Assembly: GCA_036172245.1 (NCBI GenBank)
Contig: JAYWIR010000031.1
Span: 1,674,001-1,738,000, forward strand
Direction of reading: 5' to 3'
Source: Raillietiella orientalis
Lineage: Eukaryota
DNA: 64,000 bases
A model generated the notes under the pieces. The model had not been told where the DNA came from, searched no databases, and saw only the letters and a program-made list of their open reading frames with translations. How positions within the stretch are numbered: position 1 is the stretch's first letter; each line of letters begins with the position of its first letter. Made by a program: the position numbers and the translations under genes. Positions 22,381 through 36,241 of the stretch are shown in pieces.

Positions 22381-25300
22381 AGGAGGGGGGACTCCCCATT
22401 TTTCGTGCGCGGAGTGCTCTCGATGTCCTCAAAACTCGCGGATCCCGAGGGGCGACATGTCGCAAGACGGCGGGAAAACCACGCGTTCCCGTCCTCCCAA
22501 CACGGGGAGCCTGGACCTTCTTTGTTCCCGGTCACAACGGACGCTCTACGCCCATTCGGCACGGCTCACTCGCTCTCTCTCGGGACAGACGCGCGTTCTT
22601 TCCCCTCTGTTTTCCCACCGCGAAACGCAGCTCCTTGGAGTCCCGCGCATAAAGGATGAAACGAATGCTCACGTTTTCTTCAGGAACTTGCCGATCCCGC
22701 GGAAAGACCAGCAACTCCTAGAACGACTCCCTCGCCGACGACGGTGCTTTCCGGTTCTGCTTCCCGGTCTCTCAAACGGGATCGCCTGGTTCTCGCGGTC
22801 ACGGTCAAGTTCCCAGTTGTTTGGAGGGAGACGTGGCGTGAAATGTGCCCGGCATTCCTCGTCTTTGTCTGTCGTTGCGCACGCGTCCCGTTCGTGGGTC
22901 CGAAGAGTGCGGACCCTTCCCGAAGGCGGCGTTGGTGCCGCTTTCCCTGCGATCGGTGCGGACAGTGCTCGAGGCAGAGGATGCCGCGCCCCGGGATGAC
23001 CGCCGGTGAGAGGAGAGGCAGGGGTCGTCCGTTGGAGTCGCCATCCTCGCGTCTTGGTGGTCTCCACACCGCTATGGACCCGGTGCCTTCCAACGCGCCC
23101 CCCAGTCATTCGGATGCACCTACGAACGGCCGCACGGCATGCCGAGAGACTCTTCCCTATGATTCTTGGGGGCCGGAGATGAGCCCCTCTCCCGTGTGTC
23201 CGCGGGAGCCTAACGTCAGGTCGGTTCTGGATGCTGAGCAGCGCGTGCCTTAGAGGACGCGTGAAGGTCTGGCTCTTCGTGCGTCGGCCCCTCGGAGAGC
23301 GTCGTGCACGCGCGCACACTTATTTTTCCATCATGGACTTTTTTTTTAATATCTGGTCGTAATGACGCAGGCATTCAGAATGCAAATAACTACATAGGGC
23401 TTTGTGCCTCCCTATTCTTCCTCCCCCCCATGGCGTGTTTTTGTGAGAAATAGATCATATAAAGAAGTACTTGGATATAAGGGCTGACGGAATGAGTTTT
23501 TCCTCTTTCTTTTTTTTTCTTCTTTCAAATAAGAAGGCAGTTTTTTTTTTTTTTTTTTGGTGCTGGAATTAATTTTTCCGGTTACAGGGAGAGGAAGCTG
23601 TTGCAGAGAGGCTGGAAGACTGTTGACGGCATACCAGCGCATCCAACAGCTTCCTGTACTCATTCGAACGGGCGCGTTCCCTGGGAGCTGCCGAATCTGC
23701 TGGGTAGGGAAAGCAAGTCCTTAGGGCGGTGAGCACCTTGGCAACAACAGCATGAGCTCTCCGAGCGAGCTAGTAGAAGGATGCGCCATTAGACAGGGGC
23801 TGCAGGAACAGGGAGGATGCAGGAACAAGCTATTCTCTCTTGATAGCACGCGGTCGCAACGGTTGCCACGGTTGGCGCTTTGCAGCTCAGGGCAGGCCGC
23901 GACCGAGAAGCAAAAGTTAAAACGACCCTTCAGTTCCTCGGATGCGCGACGCCTAGCAGTTGGTGGGCCATCGGCTCTTCCTTCTACCGCTCTGATTTGC
24001 CAGTAACGCCAGTCAAGAAGAAATCCACAACGGCGATAGCTTCAGAAGTCATTATGTTGAGTTTCCAGCTGCAAAGATACAAGCAATGAATTACTTACTC
24101 CTTTATAAAATCTTGCTCCAGAAGGGGGGGGGAAAACGGACCAATTCTTTTAACCCTTCGGGTACGGAGCTCATCAGATTAAAAGGTTCTGTGCTGATGG
24201 CACGCGAGTCTCAGTTTGAGCTTACTGCTTCTTCGCGTACCGCGTGCTCCATCGAGTTACCGACTGACTTTATAAAGTGCTGATCAAAGTTATTGTAATT
24301 GCTTATTTACACCACATTAAATAGAATATTTTCTCTTTTCCCAAAGATATATCATTCATTGAAAAATTATAATCCGGATAATTCAATAATTCACTCCCAT
24401 TTTTAAGGTATCACAAAGATGAAAAACAATATCATGAATTCTATACGACACTGAGAAAAACTGAGAATCGTTAGCCGCTAGAAATAGGATTTTGTTTCCT
24501 TTTGTCTATAAGGGAATTATAAGAACGCAAGTGGGTGTGTCCATCTCAAACATGGATCGTGTCAACTTACGTCGCGTGTATAAGGCCAAACAAAAAAAAA
24601 AAAACATTTGCCCGACGCATAGATGCATCCATAGTGCTCAGAGGGTTAAATAGAACCGAAATTTGTCAGCATGAGGACGAGGTCCGTTTCGAGACTCGTC
24701 TTTCTGGCAAATCCATGGGAAGAGGGTGGGATTCGTTTGGGAGGTGCATCCCCATCCTGAGTTTCTGGCACGTTCCTGGAACACTAGATGCTTATGTAGA
24801 CCGTCACCTTTTTTCTGTTGCCTGCTTGTCCTTCCGAGATTTTTAATATCCCTGGCAGCTTGTCCTCCGCCGCGTCTTCCGATCTCAAGAACCCTACGAT
24901 CCTCCCGCGGCCGGCGCTCCCTCTAAAACGAAATGGAGTTCCCGTCCTCGGTATTTTTTCTCCTTCTGCACAACATCCTCCGGCGCCGTTGAGAAGCGCT
25001 CCAATTTTCGTATATGTACAGTCGAAGCGTGTACTTTGAGAAGCGTTCGTGTAGATGGATGACGTGCCTAATCCCCCTCTTCTTTCCACACTTTTCCCCC
25101 TTGGAGCAGCAGACGCACATTCAGACTTGAGTGATTCGCAGGAAGATTAGCTGGAAGCTACCACCCCCCACTCCTTAAGGGTAACCCTCCTGATCCGACG
25201 TTGTGGGTCCCGATGGTCATCGTTTGGTGGTTGACAACCTTGGGTGCGCACGTGATGAGGATGTAGCGCGGACTCTTCCGTGCTCCGCATCCTCCCTGCA

Positions 25301-26989
25301 CATCCTGTCATCTCCAACCCTGGTGGGTCATGCTCTCCAGGGAGATTCCACTGGTGATGCGGGGATAACCTGCAGTTTGTGAACCTAAAATGCCGTCCTC
25401 TGCATGGGAAATGACCTTATACTCGCTGCTTCTCCACCCAACCCTTGATTCGGGCACCCTGAGGTTAGGAGTTTCCGTGCTCCTTTGCATTGCATCGTGC
25501 ATTGGGCAGAGGTGATTCTTCTCGTGGGGAACATCGATGGTGAAGTTGTCCCAACCTGGAGAACCTCTTTTTGCTTGTATCTTGCTCCTTCCTGTTGTGC
25601 AGAAATTCCTTCAGAGCGGGGGGGAATGAGATTATCCAGTTGTTGGTAAGCTTTGAAGACTCATCTGCGAGTAAAAGACTAGGCACGACCGAAGCTCTCG
25701 TGGGCGAGCGACCAAGTCACCATCATTTTCAGTAGTGCAGTGCGCGGAAGTCCGTCCGTGAGGTCAATGGGATCGCGCGCTCTTTCCGCTCTACTCCTCG
25801 AGTAAGCAGCGTTGAATTCCTGCTGGGGAGCGTTTCCCGTTATGCAGAAGGGGGGGGGAGCGTTTCCATCTTGGAGTTGATCTGGAAGTCCTGAGCGCTC
25901 GTAAGCATGAAAGGAAGGGAACTGGGATGCTCTTCCTCGGATGGAGATGATGGGCGAAGCTGCTTGGTGCCAGAGGTTTTGCGGTCTCGACCTCTGAGAT
26001 TCACTTGTGAGAAGGATGCTCTTCCGGATGCTGCGCAAAAAACGCAACGAACGATCCATTTCGAATTTTCTAACTCGATGGTGGTTCCCGTCTCGCTCGG
26101 AAGAAAAGCGGCAGGGAGTCTCATCGCAGACAAGTGGGAGGATCCCATAGACTTTCCTCTGGACGCCGGCGGCTGAAGTTCATCCCCCGGACGCGTTTCC
26201 TGTGTGGAACTAGGAGAGCGCGCTTGCTCTTCGGCTCCACTGCATTTCCTCCACCTGGTCCTGACGACTCATCTTTAGGAGACAAGGAAAAGAGAGCTTC
26301 AAGGCAGAGACCGGCGCCTCGAACGCTGCAGCTTTGTATGCCTAATGGGTTTTCGAGACCTCATTCGATGGAACACGAGAACCGAGGTGGACTCGGCGTG
26401 GAAATGGATTGATGAAGGAGAGCATCAAGCACGCGAAAACCAGTCTCAAAAGGAAAAGAAAGGAATAGGCAAAGGTTCCAATCCCACCTCAGAGACCGAA
26501 GATCAAACGAAAATCCCGTCATGAACGCCTCATTAGATGCCTCTCGCTGGAAAATTTGGATCCGTTCAATAAAGCGCACTTTTCCTCCAATCAGATCCGC
26601 CAGATCTGCCCTCAGCACGCACGTTTCTATTAATTCTAACGGTTTTCCTCATTCTTTTGAAGTTTCAGCGTCTGATCGTTCTTTTTGGTCTTACTGAAGC
26701 AGCCTCCATAGATTAGTTCCTCCATCTTGAGATCCTTCCAAACTTTCGGTTCACGCGATGATGACTTTTCGCAGCTTTGGACGCCTCCTTCTTCCGATGC
26801 TTCGGGATCAATCAAGATAATCCTGGAGCTCCGGTGATCCTACTGAAAGATCTAGAACAACAATGCCTCCCGAAGTTTCCAATGATTCGGTTTAGGTTTC
26901 ATCTGTAAAGGAGAATTCAGGAGCCGAGCTGGGTGGCACTGATTCGTGGGCTTCCCCACAGCCCGCAACACTTTATGTGACAACTCTGG

Positions 26990-27330
26990 TCTCTCGATGG
27001 GCACTTTCATCTTCCCTTACAGTTGCAATCCGGAGTTCCTGTCTTTCTCCGGGTCCCAGACTTTCAGGGACCCTTCCACCAATGCTCTTGCAGGAGCCAT
27101 TACCCTCCTGTCGGCGAACAGGAGGGACTGCGTCCTGTATCGGTCTCTTTTTCTTGGAAGTTCTGCTTCCGATGCTGTCGCCGAGTTTTCACACGCTCAG
27201 GCAACATCCTACAGCACTCGACCGGGGAACCGCGCTTGTCCCGTCATCAGCTGCCACCACGGAAAAGAGGTCTCCGTCTCGGGTGTGCGCGTGACCTCTG
27301 ATCGAGGAACCGCGGCAGATCTCATGCGAG
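26990..27330 (-). mobile_element. Second decayed copy of the Utopia/NeSL-like RLE domain
   Basis: Shares DNA with 17290-17430 (CCTGTCGGCGAACAGGAG). Translates as DVA*ACENSATASEA..RKRDRY..LVEGSLKVWDPEKD. Confidence 0.65.
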
Positions 27331-28104
27331 AAATGTGGTCACGCTGCTTTTATCTCTGGATGTCGTCTCTCTCTTTTCCACGAGAAAAAGGACAGCAACG
27401 TCAGCGAAGAATTGCTGCTTCTGCTGTGGGCATGCTTGACTGCTGCAAGCCGCGAGCTGTGGTTTCAGCTAATCTGCTTTCCGGTGCAGACCTCGAATTC
27501 GCGACCTCGAGGTGAAGCAGACAAGAAAGCTTTCGCTTCTATTCTGGTTCTCGTATCTTCAACGCATCCATAGACGAGGAAGACGCGTCTCTTCGTACCT
27601 CTCGGGGTCGTGATCATCGAGGCTGCCGGTCCCGGGTTTTCAATCCCTTGAGAGCAGTTGGGGATCTTCCGTGGTTCCAGTCGCTCGACCCGAGCCATTT
27701 CGATTCTGTTCCATGCTGGATCCTCGAATTCCAGAGTCGGATGGCTGGGTCTTCTCCTTGGATGATGGCAAACAATCTTTCTTTTACCCACGTACAGAGA
27801 ATGGTTGGGGTTCCATGAATAACACCTTTAATCGAACTGATTTACTAATCCAGTGAAGATCGTCATCAATTTTGCTCATTCCAAGTGCGTCTTCGGGATT
27901 CGACGATGACGAAATCGAATCGCTGATGTTCGATGATCGCATCATCATCACTTGAGTAGGTGCCTGGTTCAATGGAAAATCTTTCCCATCTTTGAGCATC
28001 TTAGGTGACTTAGGTGATTCATCTTAGATGGTTCTCTTCTGGTAACGTAAGAAAGCAACGTTAGAAGTTCACCACTTTTTTTTTTTTGGTTCTCTAAGTA
28101 CTCG

Positions 28105-28775
28105 AGGACCTCCGCCTATTTAGGAGGGAGGGTGAGGCTCACGAAGTTTAACGCTGTTCACGCCACCCGAGAGCGCGTGTAACTCTTCAAGTTATAGGGA
28201 GCATCCTGGAAGGCGACCACCCTATGAATCCAGGAAGACTCCTTAGGAAGGAGCCCGTTCCTTTCATGCCTGGGGAAGGAACCTCGAGGGTAACCTCCTT
28301 CTTATTTTTTCCGGAGGGATCCTTTGCAGGGGACTCCTCGTTTCTTCTCCGGAGGGAACCCACGGGGGAACCGCTCCTTCTTGGTGCTCCTCTAAAGAGT
28401 CTCGAAGGGACGCTTCCTCGAAGGGAGCAGAGGTATCAGTGCGCCAGTTCCATGGTACGAGATGGGACAAGGGTGGACCCTTGGGGAGGAAGACGGTTCC
28501 ATTTCCACAACCGGAGGGAAACTCTGAAGGGAACAGACTATGTGATTCCTGGAAGGAACCTGGAAGGTCAACTTCCAATCCTGGCCAGCCAATCGACGGG
28601 AACATCTGGCTTCCGGGAGGATGGCACCCGAAGCCTACAGCTGAACCAGCGTCATCCTGCGGAGGGGCTCGAAACCCACGATGCACCTCGCGTTCTCGGC
28701 GTCGATCCTTCCCTGGCTGAGATTCGAACCCGCAACGTTTGGTGCCACTCACAGACGTAGCCACGGCCGCCAAGG
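28105..28775 (-). mobile_element. tRNA-headed SINE-like element, copy 1
   Basis: Minus strand starts GGCGGCCGTGGCTACG...GGCACCAAACGTTGCGGGTTCGAATC (A- and B-box-like). Body and tail align by eye with the copies at 32495 and 41768. Confidence 0.75.
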
Positions 28776-31700
28776 GAGGCAAAAAGAGGTTGAGAAAAAA
28801 ATGGTATTGAGAGTCGTCGCCACTCTTTGACTCCGCGACTTCCGTCTTGAGAATCGAACTCACCTCAAGGGATTGCTTCCCGTGAGATAGTGCTTCAAGG
28901 AAACGATAGAGACGAATTCTCTTGAAAAGTGCTGTTTTTTTTTTCTCAACCTCTTTTGCCTCACCGGTCTATTGATGCATTTCCAAGTAAATTGCCTTTC
29001 CATGTAAAAACAAACAGCGGGGGAAAAGAAAACAAGAAAAAAAAAAGAAAAAGAAAAATCCGTTTGCTGCTGCTTGTGCTCGTTGGTTCTTAAATGTGCG
29101 CATGTACAAAACACGAAAACCATGCCTCCTTGGCATGCCCTCTTCGGCGAACAGCCACCTCGAACGAGTTTGTGAAAGCGAGGTGGAATCCATGCACGGT
29201 GGTTCCGCTACGTCCTGTCTCGGGGGTGGGTTTTGTCCCTTTACGAAAGAGCATGCGAAGATGCCTCATGGCGGCAACAGCGGGCTGGTAGAAGATTTGT
29301 TGGTCAAAGGATCCGGAGATTTTTTTTCCCCCTTGAAATTGCGAATATGGACGTTGGTAATTATGGAGCTGTCAACGCGCTTCCTGAAGGGTCTCAACAC
29401 CTACAGGTAGCAGAGGAGAACTTTACACGAATCGAAAATCCACACTCCCTATCAGTCGGGCGTTAGGCTTAGTCCAGAAATGGAAATGGGTCGACCTCCA
29501 GTGCCGGCGGGTTTGAAGAACTCGGCTCTCATCTCCTTTGAGCCACTTCATTTATCAGGTCGTGACTCTTTACAGTGAAGTTGAAGTTCCGCTCACGGAG
29601 ATCGAGGATCTGCGCTGAAGGCTCTTCGCATGCCGTGCACCTCCTGCGCATTCGATCCCCATCGCTTCTTCCTGTACTAGTAGCTTAAACATAGGGTAGG
29701 TCACTGCTCACTTGGGGTGCTAAGGCGTGCAAAATGCCTTCGGGAAGAGAGCTCGGACAAAATGCCTCTGCAGGTCAGAAAGTTCGGGAGAAATCGATTG
29801 TGTATGCAGCATAGCGATCCAGGAGACAGGTCCATTCTGATTCGGAAAGGTCCAGGAATGTCCAGGTGTGGTCTTCATTCCGGAAACGCACGGAAAAATC
29901 GACAACGAATTGTTTCATGGGATTTTCATCCACGAGACCGATGCAGAGATATTAGACTGCGGCGATCAGGATCTCAGTTTCTAGAAGTTCATCTTCGTGG
30001 GTATTGAGAGTTAGTGGGAATTCCAAGGCAGCCTCCGGGAACTGCGCTGCGAAGTGCAACTGAGGACAGATGAGGACGGAACCAAAGAATGGGAACCCGC
30101 CGAAGTTTCGGACTTCCTAAGCGACTTTTGCTGGTGCCAGAGGCTCCGTTCAGTTGTCGGGCAGCTGAAGGAAAGGCAATGTAGATCAAAGTGGGTTTGT
30201 GGACGCACCATCTGCTTTCCGACACTTAGAACGCACAACTTCTTATTTTAGATATTTCGATTGACGCTCACGTGTCCGCTACTTTCAGACGGCGGGTCTT
30301 CCAAACCAAGAAGTGTCCTTAGAGATGCGGTTCGTTGCAGCCAATGGGGTTTTCAGGAGATGAAGAAGGCTTTCTGATTTCTCTTCATTGCATTCCCTTA
30401 TTGCATTCAGGAGATGAAACCGTGGTTTCCGGAATGAAGCCCAGACGGTCTCTGGGCTTGAAATTCGTACAAACCCTGGTCCTTGCGAGGGATCTAGAAC
30501 ATCGGAAGACAGGAAGACAAGAGAGTGGTAGTCTTCTGCTTTCCATTTGGACACCCACAGAGTTCTTCCGAGATTCTGTGAACGCGGAAGGCCGTGAAAG
30601 AGGAGCGAACGGACTTGTCAGATTGCCCCGAAGTGGATGGAGTTCTTCCCAAGGGAACTGATATGGAACCAACGTGCATGCAATTGGGAGTATCGTTCTG
30701 CTAGAACGATAAATGGATGCTGATTTCATTCCAAATGATCAGCAGGAAATGAGGAAACGAGCAGAGTGCGCTTTGTGACGAGCACGACGGTTCAGAGTCC
30801 GCAAGGGAACTCTTCCAGACTGATGTTTGCCTCCCTTCTTTCGATCGAGTGAATGTGGACATCCCACGATCGTTTTATCGTCCGCACGGAATTCGGCCCA
30901 CTTGAATTTTCTTCACTGGCGAGGGGTATCGCTCGCAAGCGCGGTAGCCACCGACCAGTTCTTGTTCGTTTGCCCATCTGCTTGTTCCACGGTGGCCCCT
31001 CCTCGGATCCGCCGCAGATCTCGGTGATTTGCTTGCTGGCTGTTTGCACCATCCTCCTCCTCGCGATTTCTGTTTCTCCCACTCCCAACATTCGTGTCTT
31101 GAAGCGCTCAGGCACTGTGTCTCTTCCATGCATGCATGTCCTCGATCCCAGGTTCTCTACCCCAATGCTCTTGTGGCTACAGGATCTCTTCGGCCTCCCC
31201 TGACAGTTCATGACGGTAATGCGTCCTGAGGGAAAGACACTTCCGGTATTGGCCACCTTGCCGTTTGGCTTGCAACATCCAGGAAGCGATCTGCTCTTCA
31301 ACAGAGAGAAAGGAGATTCTCTCTGTTGTGGCTAGAAGATGATGATGACCTTCCTTTTTGCTTTTTCCTTCGCGGGAAGGATGCACTCTGGAAGAGGGCA
31401 TCTTCTGCTTCATCCGACTTCTGAGACTGATGCCAGGCACGTCTGTTCTGTCCTGTGTCAACGGAAGCAGGACGTTGTGCATTTGATTCATCACCACGGA
31501 GATCAGTTACGCAAGCACGATCATTTTCTCTTCTCGCCCTATCCTCAGATAGGGAGAGCAAGGAGTTGGATACTGGACTAGGGGATCGAGGAACTTCCAC
31601 AAGACTAACGGGATCAACAAATTCACCCGAAAGTCAGAATCGCCAGTTCGCTAACCAGTGCTAAAGAACAAAGCAGGGCAGACCGGAAATTTGCTCTCCA

Positions 31701-32494
31701 GCTCATGCAAGGAGGAAGAGGAGGAGATACGTGGCAGATAAAGTTTCCGATTGAAGGACCAAGAATCAGGAACGTCCACTTGTCATGATAAGGCAGAGCA
31801 AAAATAAAGGGGTGGCACTTGACGGGAATTCCTCCGTGGTCGCGGGCGGCTAGTCCGTTTTTCAAAAGGAACAAAGGTCAGCACTTTTTTCCGTAAGTGG
31901 AGTCTGCAAAAACTGGCGTTAACCAACGTGGAAAGACGTCGCCGTCGTCAGCGGATGGCAGCTGTTTGCATGCGTCGCTTCTTAGGTTTGAAACCGGCGC
32001 ACATCTCCGGAAGGCTGCCAAGAGGAATTCGACGGAGGTGCGAGGGATCCTTTCCACGATGTCCCCCCTCTTATCCTGCCGGAAACCACGTCGTCAGTCG
32101 AACGAAAATCCCGAAAAGGCACGCTCTTTTTCTTTATTATGAGCATGACCATTTCCAGCTCTGTTTCGGGCTGACGGCACTTCAGCAGGTCTTCGTCCAC
32201 ACGGCTTGAGTTCGTCTCAAGAAGAGTGCAGTGAAGTCGTAGCAGCATCGCCTTCTTCCGAAAAAGTGCAGGGAAGCGTCTCCACTTAGAACGTTCTCGA
32301 AGAATCGCTCGGACGTTGGGATGCGTCTCGAGGGCGCGCGCGCAACTTGCAAGCAGCGATGGCGGTGCCACCAAGAAGCCACGAGTGATGACATGAACTG
32401 TTAATGCCTTTCAAAGTCCCGTTCATCTTGTTCCCTAATCCATTCATTTTTCTTGAATGCTCGCCAGCGCTGCATTCAGGAACCACGTTGCACG

Positions 32495-33100
32495 CGTCGG
32501 TGGCCGCGTGGCACCAAGAGTTGCGGGTTCGAATCTCCACGCGGAGGACCGACTTTAAGAAATAAGGGGTACGTCGTGGGTTTCGAGTTCCCCCCGCAGG
32601 ACGATCCACGAATCCACAAGCTTAGCGTGCTTCCGGCTTTCCCCGTTGACTAGCTGGGATTGGAATTTGACCGTCCAGGGGTCCTTTCAATCCAAGAATC
32701 ATGGAGCCTGTTCCCTTCGGAGTTTCTCTCCGGTTGTGAAAATGGAGCCATTCTCCCCTTGTGCCCTTCATTCCTGTATACAGAACAGGTACTTGTACCT
32801 AGAGGTTGTTGCAGGAACCATCTGGGCATCACACTGGCTGAAGCAAAAACAATCGCCCATTCCTTGTGGATGGACCCTTCATCTCGTACCATGGAGCTGG
32901 TGGATTGATACCTCTGCAAAGTGTAAGCTCCCTTCAGGCAGCATCCTTCAGAGAAATTGGGAAGCCTCAAGGTTTTCAAAGTTCTCTTCAGAAAAGCACC
33001 AACAAGCAGCGATTCCTCTGCTGGTTCCCTCCGGAGAGAATAAGGAAGAGATGCCCTTCAGGGCTCCTTCCCAGGCGTGAAAAGAATGGACTCCTTCACG
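32495..33100 (+). mobile_element. tRNA-headed SINE-like element, copy 2 (carries an internal ~100-bp insertion)
   Basis: Head GGTGGCCGCGTGGCACCAAGAGTTGCGGGTTCGAATC. Shares body blocks (CCGGTTGTGAAAATGGA, CTCGTACCATGGA, GATACCTCTGC) with copy 1. Confidence 0.75.
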
Positions 33101-36100
33101 CGACCTCGGGTGCCGTGGACAGTGTGAAGAGCTTTGTGATTTCTCGCTGGGGAAGCGAATGGCTCTTGAGACACAGCGTTGGCAACTGCAGGCTCGGCAG
33201 CTGCAACCGTAGAAGTCCGCAGCTCCAGTTCCTTCCTGTCTTTTTTGGATGGCGACCTTCCTGGATTTTTCTTTCCGAACATGAGGAGCAAAGTTCCCAG
33301 GTCGCGTTCCGAGAGCTCTGAGATTCCTGTTGAGGGTATCCCAAAGCATCCGAGTCCTGTTCACTGGCTCCCGCGGAAGATTCCACGTTCCAACCACCGC
33401 CACCATCAGAGTCCTGGATGGGCGTTCCGTTGGCATCCACTTCCCTCGCATGTCGCGGGAGCCCGCCGTTGCGAGGAAGATCTCTCCAGCGTGCACTCCT
33501 GCGCGTTCGAGCACGAGGATTCTGCGCCCATTCGCTCGGCGAAAGCCGAACTGGTCCTCCTGGGTGTCTTCAAGTTTTCACGTTCCCTCGTTTGAAACGA
33601 TCCCTCGAAGGGAGTCATTGCTGGCAGTGTTTCCATGCGTCGCGGTTCGTCGGATGTTTCTCTTCCCTCAGTCGCCATCTCACATGTGTACCCATCGCAC
33701 TTTCCTTGCATCCAACTTCATTTCATGCAAATCCGCCCTTCTTTCTTCCCTTTTGTGGAGCAGCACGTCCAAGAGGGGGCACCCTCCGATGAATCGAACT
33801 TTACCTGCGCCATCGCGTGGCAAGTACTTGCCCAGCTTTACATCCCAGAGTCTCGGAATGCCCAAGAATTCTAGCTCACGATTCAAGTCACGAAGTCATA
33901 GAGTTCGATGAGTTCATGCATGGTCCCTCAATCTCGCGAAGGGTTATCTTTCCCATCGCTTCCAGTTTGCCGAGGTTCGGTTATGGATCGTCCGTCTCTG
34001 GAAAGCGACGACATCGAACTGTTTCCGAGTTTTCAGGGACCACCACGCTCCTCAGAGCGGAGCGTGTCCAAGAAATGCCGCAGTACTTCAATGATGAGAT
34101 CGCTGTTCATCCTCTGGAGGTCGTGTGGCTGCGGAGTCTGGGTTGTGGCGCTTCTCGTCACGGGTACTTCTCGTTTCGGATACTTAAGGAGGTTGGCGCC
34201 GAGTTGGGTGCCTCGCGCGTTTCGAGTCTCCGCAAGATGACTCTGACACGGCTGAGGTTCCAGGCGGGAAGGAGGCGCTCGAGTCTGAGGGTCGGTTGAC
34301 CAGCAACCGTTGACTCGTTTGACCTGACCAGTGTTGACCCGTTTCATTTGCCTTTCACACCACAAATAACTTCTTTGGAAAGGAAAGAGGAGGATTTTTT
34401 TTTTTTCAAAAACGTGCAGTTTTTATTCCAGGAATCCTTTCCGTATTTTGATTTCCATACGAAAACTTGCCCGTTTCTTATTCGGCCGTTCCCTTCGAGC
34501 GAGTATCAGAAATGTTTTAGTTTACGCCTTCTTACTCCTGCAGAACATACGGAAGCTCCTTACGGAATTCCCCTGAGATTGCTATCTTTATAGGACCAGG
34601 TGATCTCTGACTGCAAGTTTCCTTCTTTTAAATCACGAAACAGAAAAAAAATGGAACCCGGAAATTCGGCCACATCGTTCAAAGATTTCTTTTAGAAATG
34701 TGCAAGTTCGAAAGCATTTCATCCTACGGTACAGTACAATTCCATCTTTGAAAGGAAAACCGCATATCTTGTCTTTGATTTAATCACATTTCTGGAAGGC
34801 CCCTGGGCTTCTTAAGAGCAGAGACGAGCGAATGTGTCTTCGCAACTTTTGGAGAGCAGTCAGGAACAAAACTCTGAGCTGTCTTTCATTATCAAGGAGA
34901 ATCTGATGGAGGTTTCAACAAGAAACCATCTTTTTCAGTGGGGAGAAATGTGGTGATTTCCGTACGAGGGTGAAGAGCACTGATCTGAACGATACGGGAT
35001 ACGGCGGCAGGTGCCGACTAGGTTTTCTCACTTCTAACCGTGTCACTTCCGGTGCTCCTGGTTCAGCATGGCGAGGTGAAGCTCCAAGAATGGAAACGCA
35101 GTGATCAAGAGCGATTTCTCAAACTCACAGAATGGGCAACAGGAAGTGCGTATCGGATGGAATCTACAGCAGAAAGGATGCCCCACGCGACCGCAAGGAG
35201 GGTTCTCCATAGTTCGAACTTTTTCCCTTACAGCAAACTTGCAGTTCATCCCTAAAGGGCAAAAAAGTGCGAGACCGCGAAAATCTGTTTTTTTCTTCTT
35301 CTCTCTTTTTGTTTGTGTGCTTTCCATCAGAGAACTTCGAGGTAGGATCATTTTGAGCGCGGCCCGCAGACCCTTTCAATGTCTTCACATACAACAAGAA
35401 CCGATGGGCGAGTTTCTTTGGAACACTACAAGTCAGAGGCAGCTCAACAACAACAACACGGGTTTCCAAGAGTTCAAAAACAAGGTTCTCACGAAGTGCG
35501 AGAGTTCCCTGCATGCGTGACCTCAGATATGCACATGCGGTTGAAGCGAATTGTACTGAGGACACGTGCAGTCACCCGTACGGAAAATGTGGAAGAAACC
35601 CTGGAACACTTTCGATGCCTCTCTCTGTTTCTTGCGCGCTTGGGGTTTGCTCAGAATATTCAGTGCATTTCGCCGGCCTCTTTGGCCATGCCTAGTCACG
35701 AGTGCCACCAACTGGTGGCTTTCCGCAAGCACCAGACTTTAGGAAAGGGAGGTTGTTTTCGTTTCAGCCGGTATGATGCCGAAATGGCTCCTGCAACAGC
35801 CTCTAGGTACATGTATCTGTTCTGTGTACAGGAATGAAGGACACGTGTTTATGTGCTGCGGTGTAGGAATATGTGTCTGTGGAATAGAGGACGGAGTATC
35901 TAAGTAAAATAAAAATAAATGCCAACCTCAACAAGTTGACCCTTCTCCCCGTGATTGGTCAACTCGGAGACATTTGCACCGGAGTCCACTGCATGCTTCG
36001 GTAGTTTGTTGAGAACTCTTCTCTCCGTTGTACCTTTCAAGAGGTCCCAAAGACTCCAGTCTTTACGACTGCCTGGTAGCTTTCCCCAGTGCGCGGATAG

Positions 36101-36241
36101 GCCGCTTTAATTGCCGCTGCACGTGATAACGCAACCTCGTCTTGGTCTTTGCGTGCGGGTGGGTGGTGGTGAGAGTGGGCGTGTCCACTCTATTGTGTTC
36201 TCTACGGGAATCCAACCTCATCCATGTCCCTTGTTCTTTAG

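Larger units (their letters stand above)
10967..36241 (+). other. 25,275-nt phase-1 GT-AG intron of the K2P gene
   Basis: GTAAGG at 10967 and pyrimidine-rich CCCTTGTTCTTTAG ending at 36241. Joining restores G+GT=Gly and the in-frame filter T-I-G-F-G-N. Confidence 0.9.

Noticed and set aside
33300..34300. Further possible RT remnants (also near 25.2-25.7, 30.8-31.3, 38.5-38.8 and 52.1-52.9 kb)
   Set aside because: Only isolated weak motif resemblances (e.g. LEFLGIP); too degenerate to call without a search.
36142..36241. ORF-track N-terminus of the 268-aa ORF
   Set aside because: Intronic sequence upstream of the splice acceptor. Channel homology starts at 36242.
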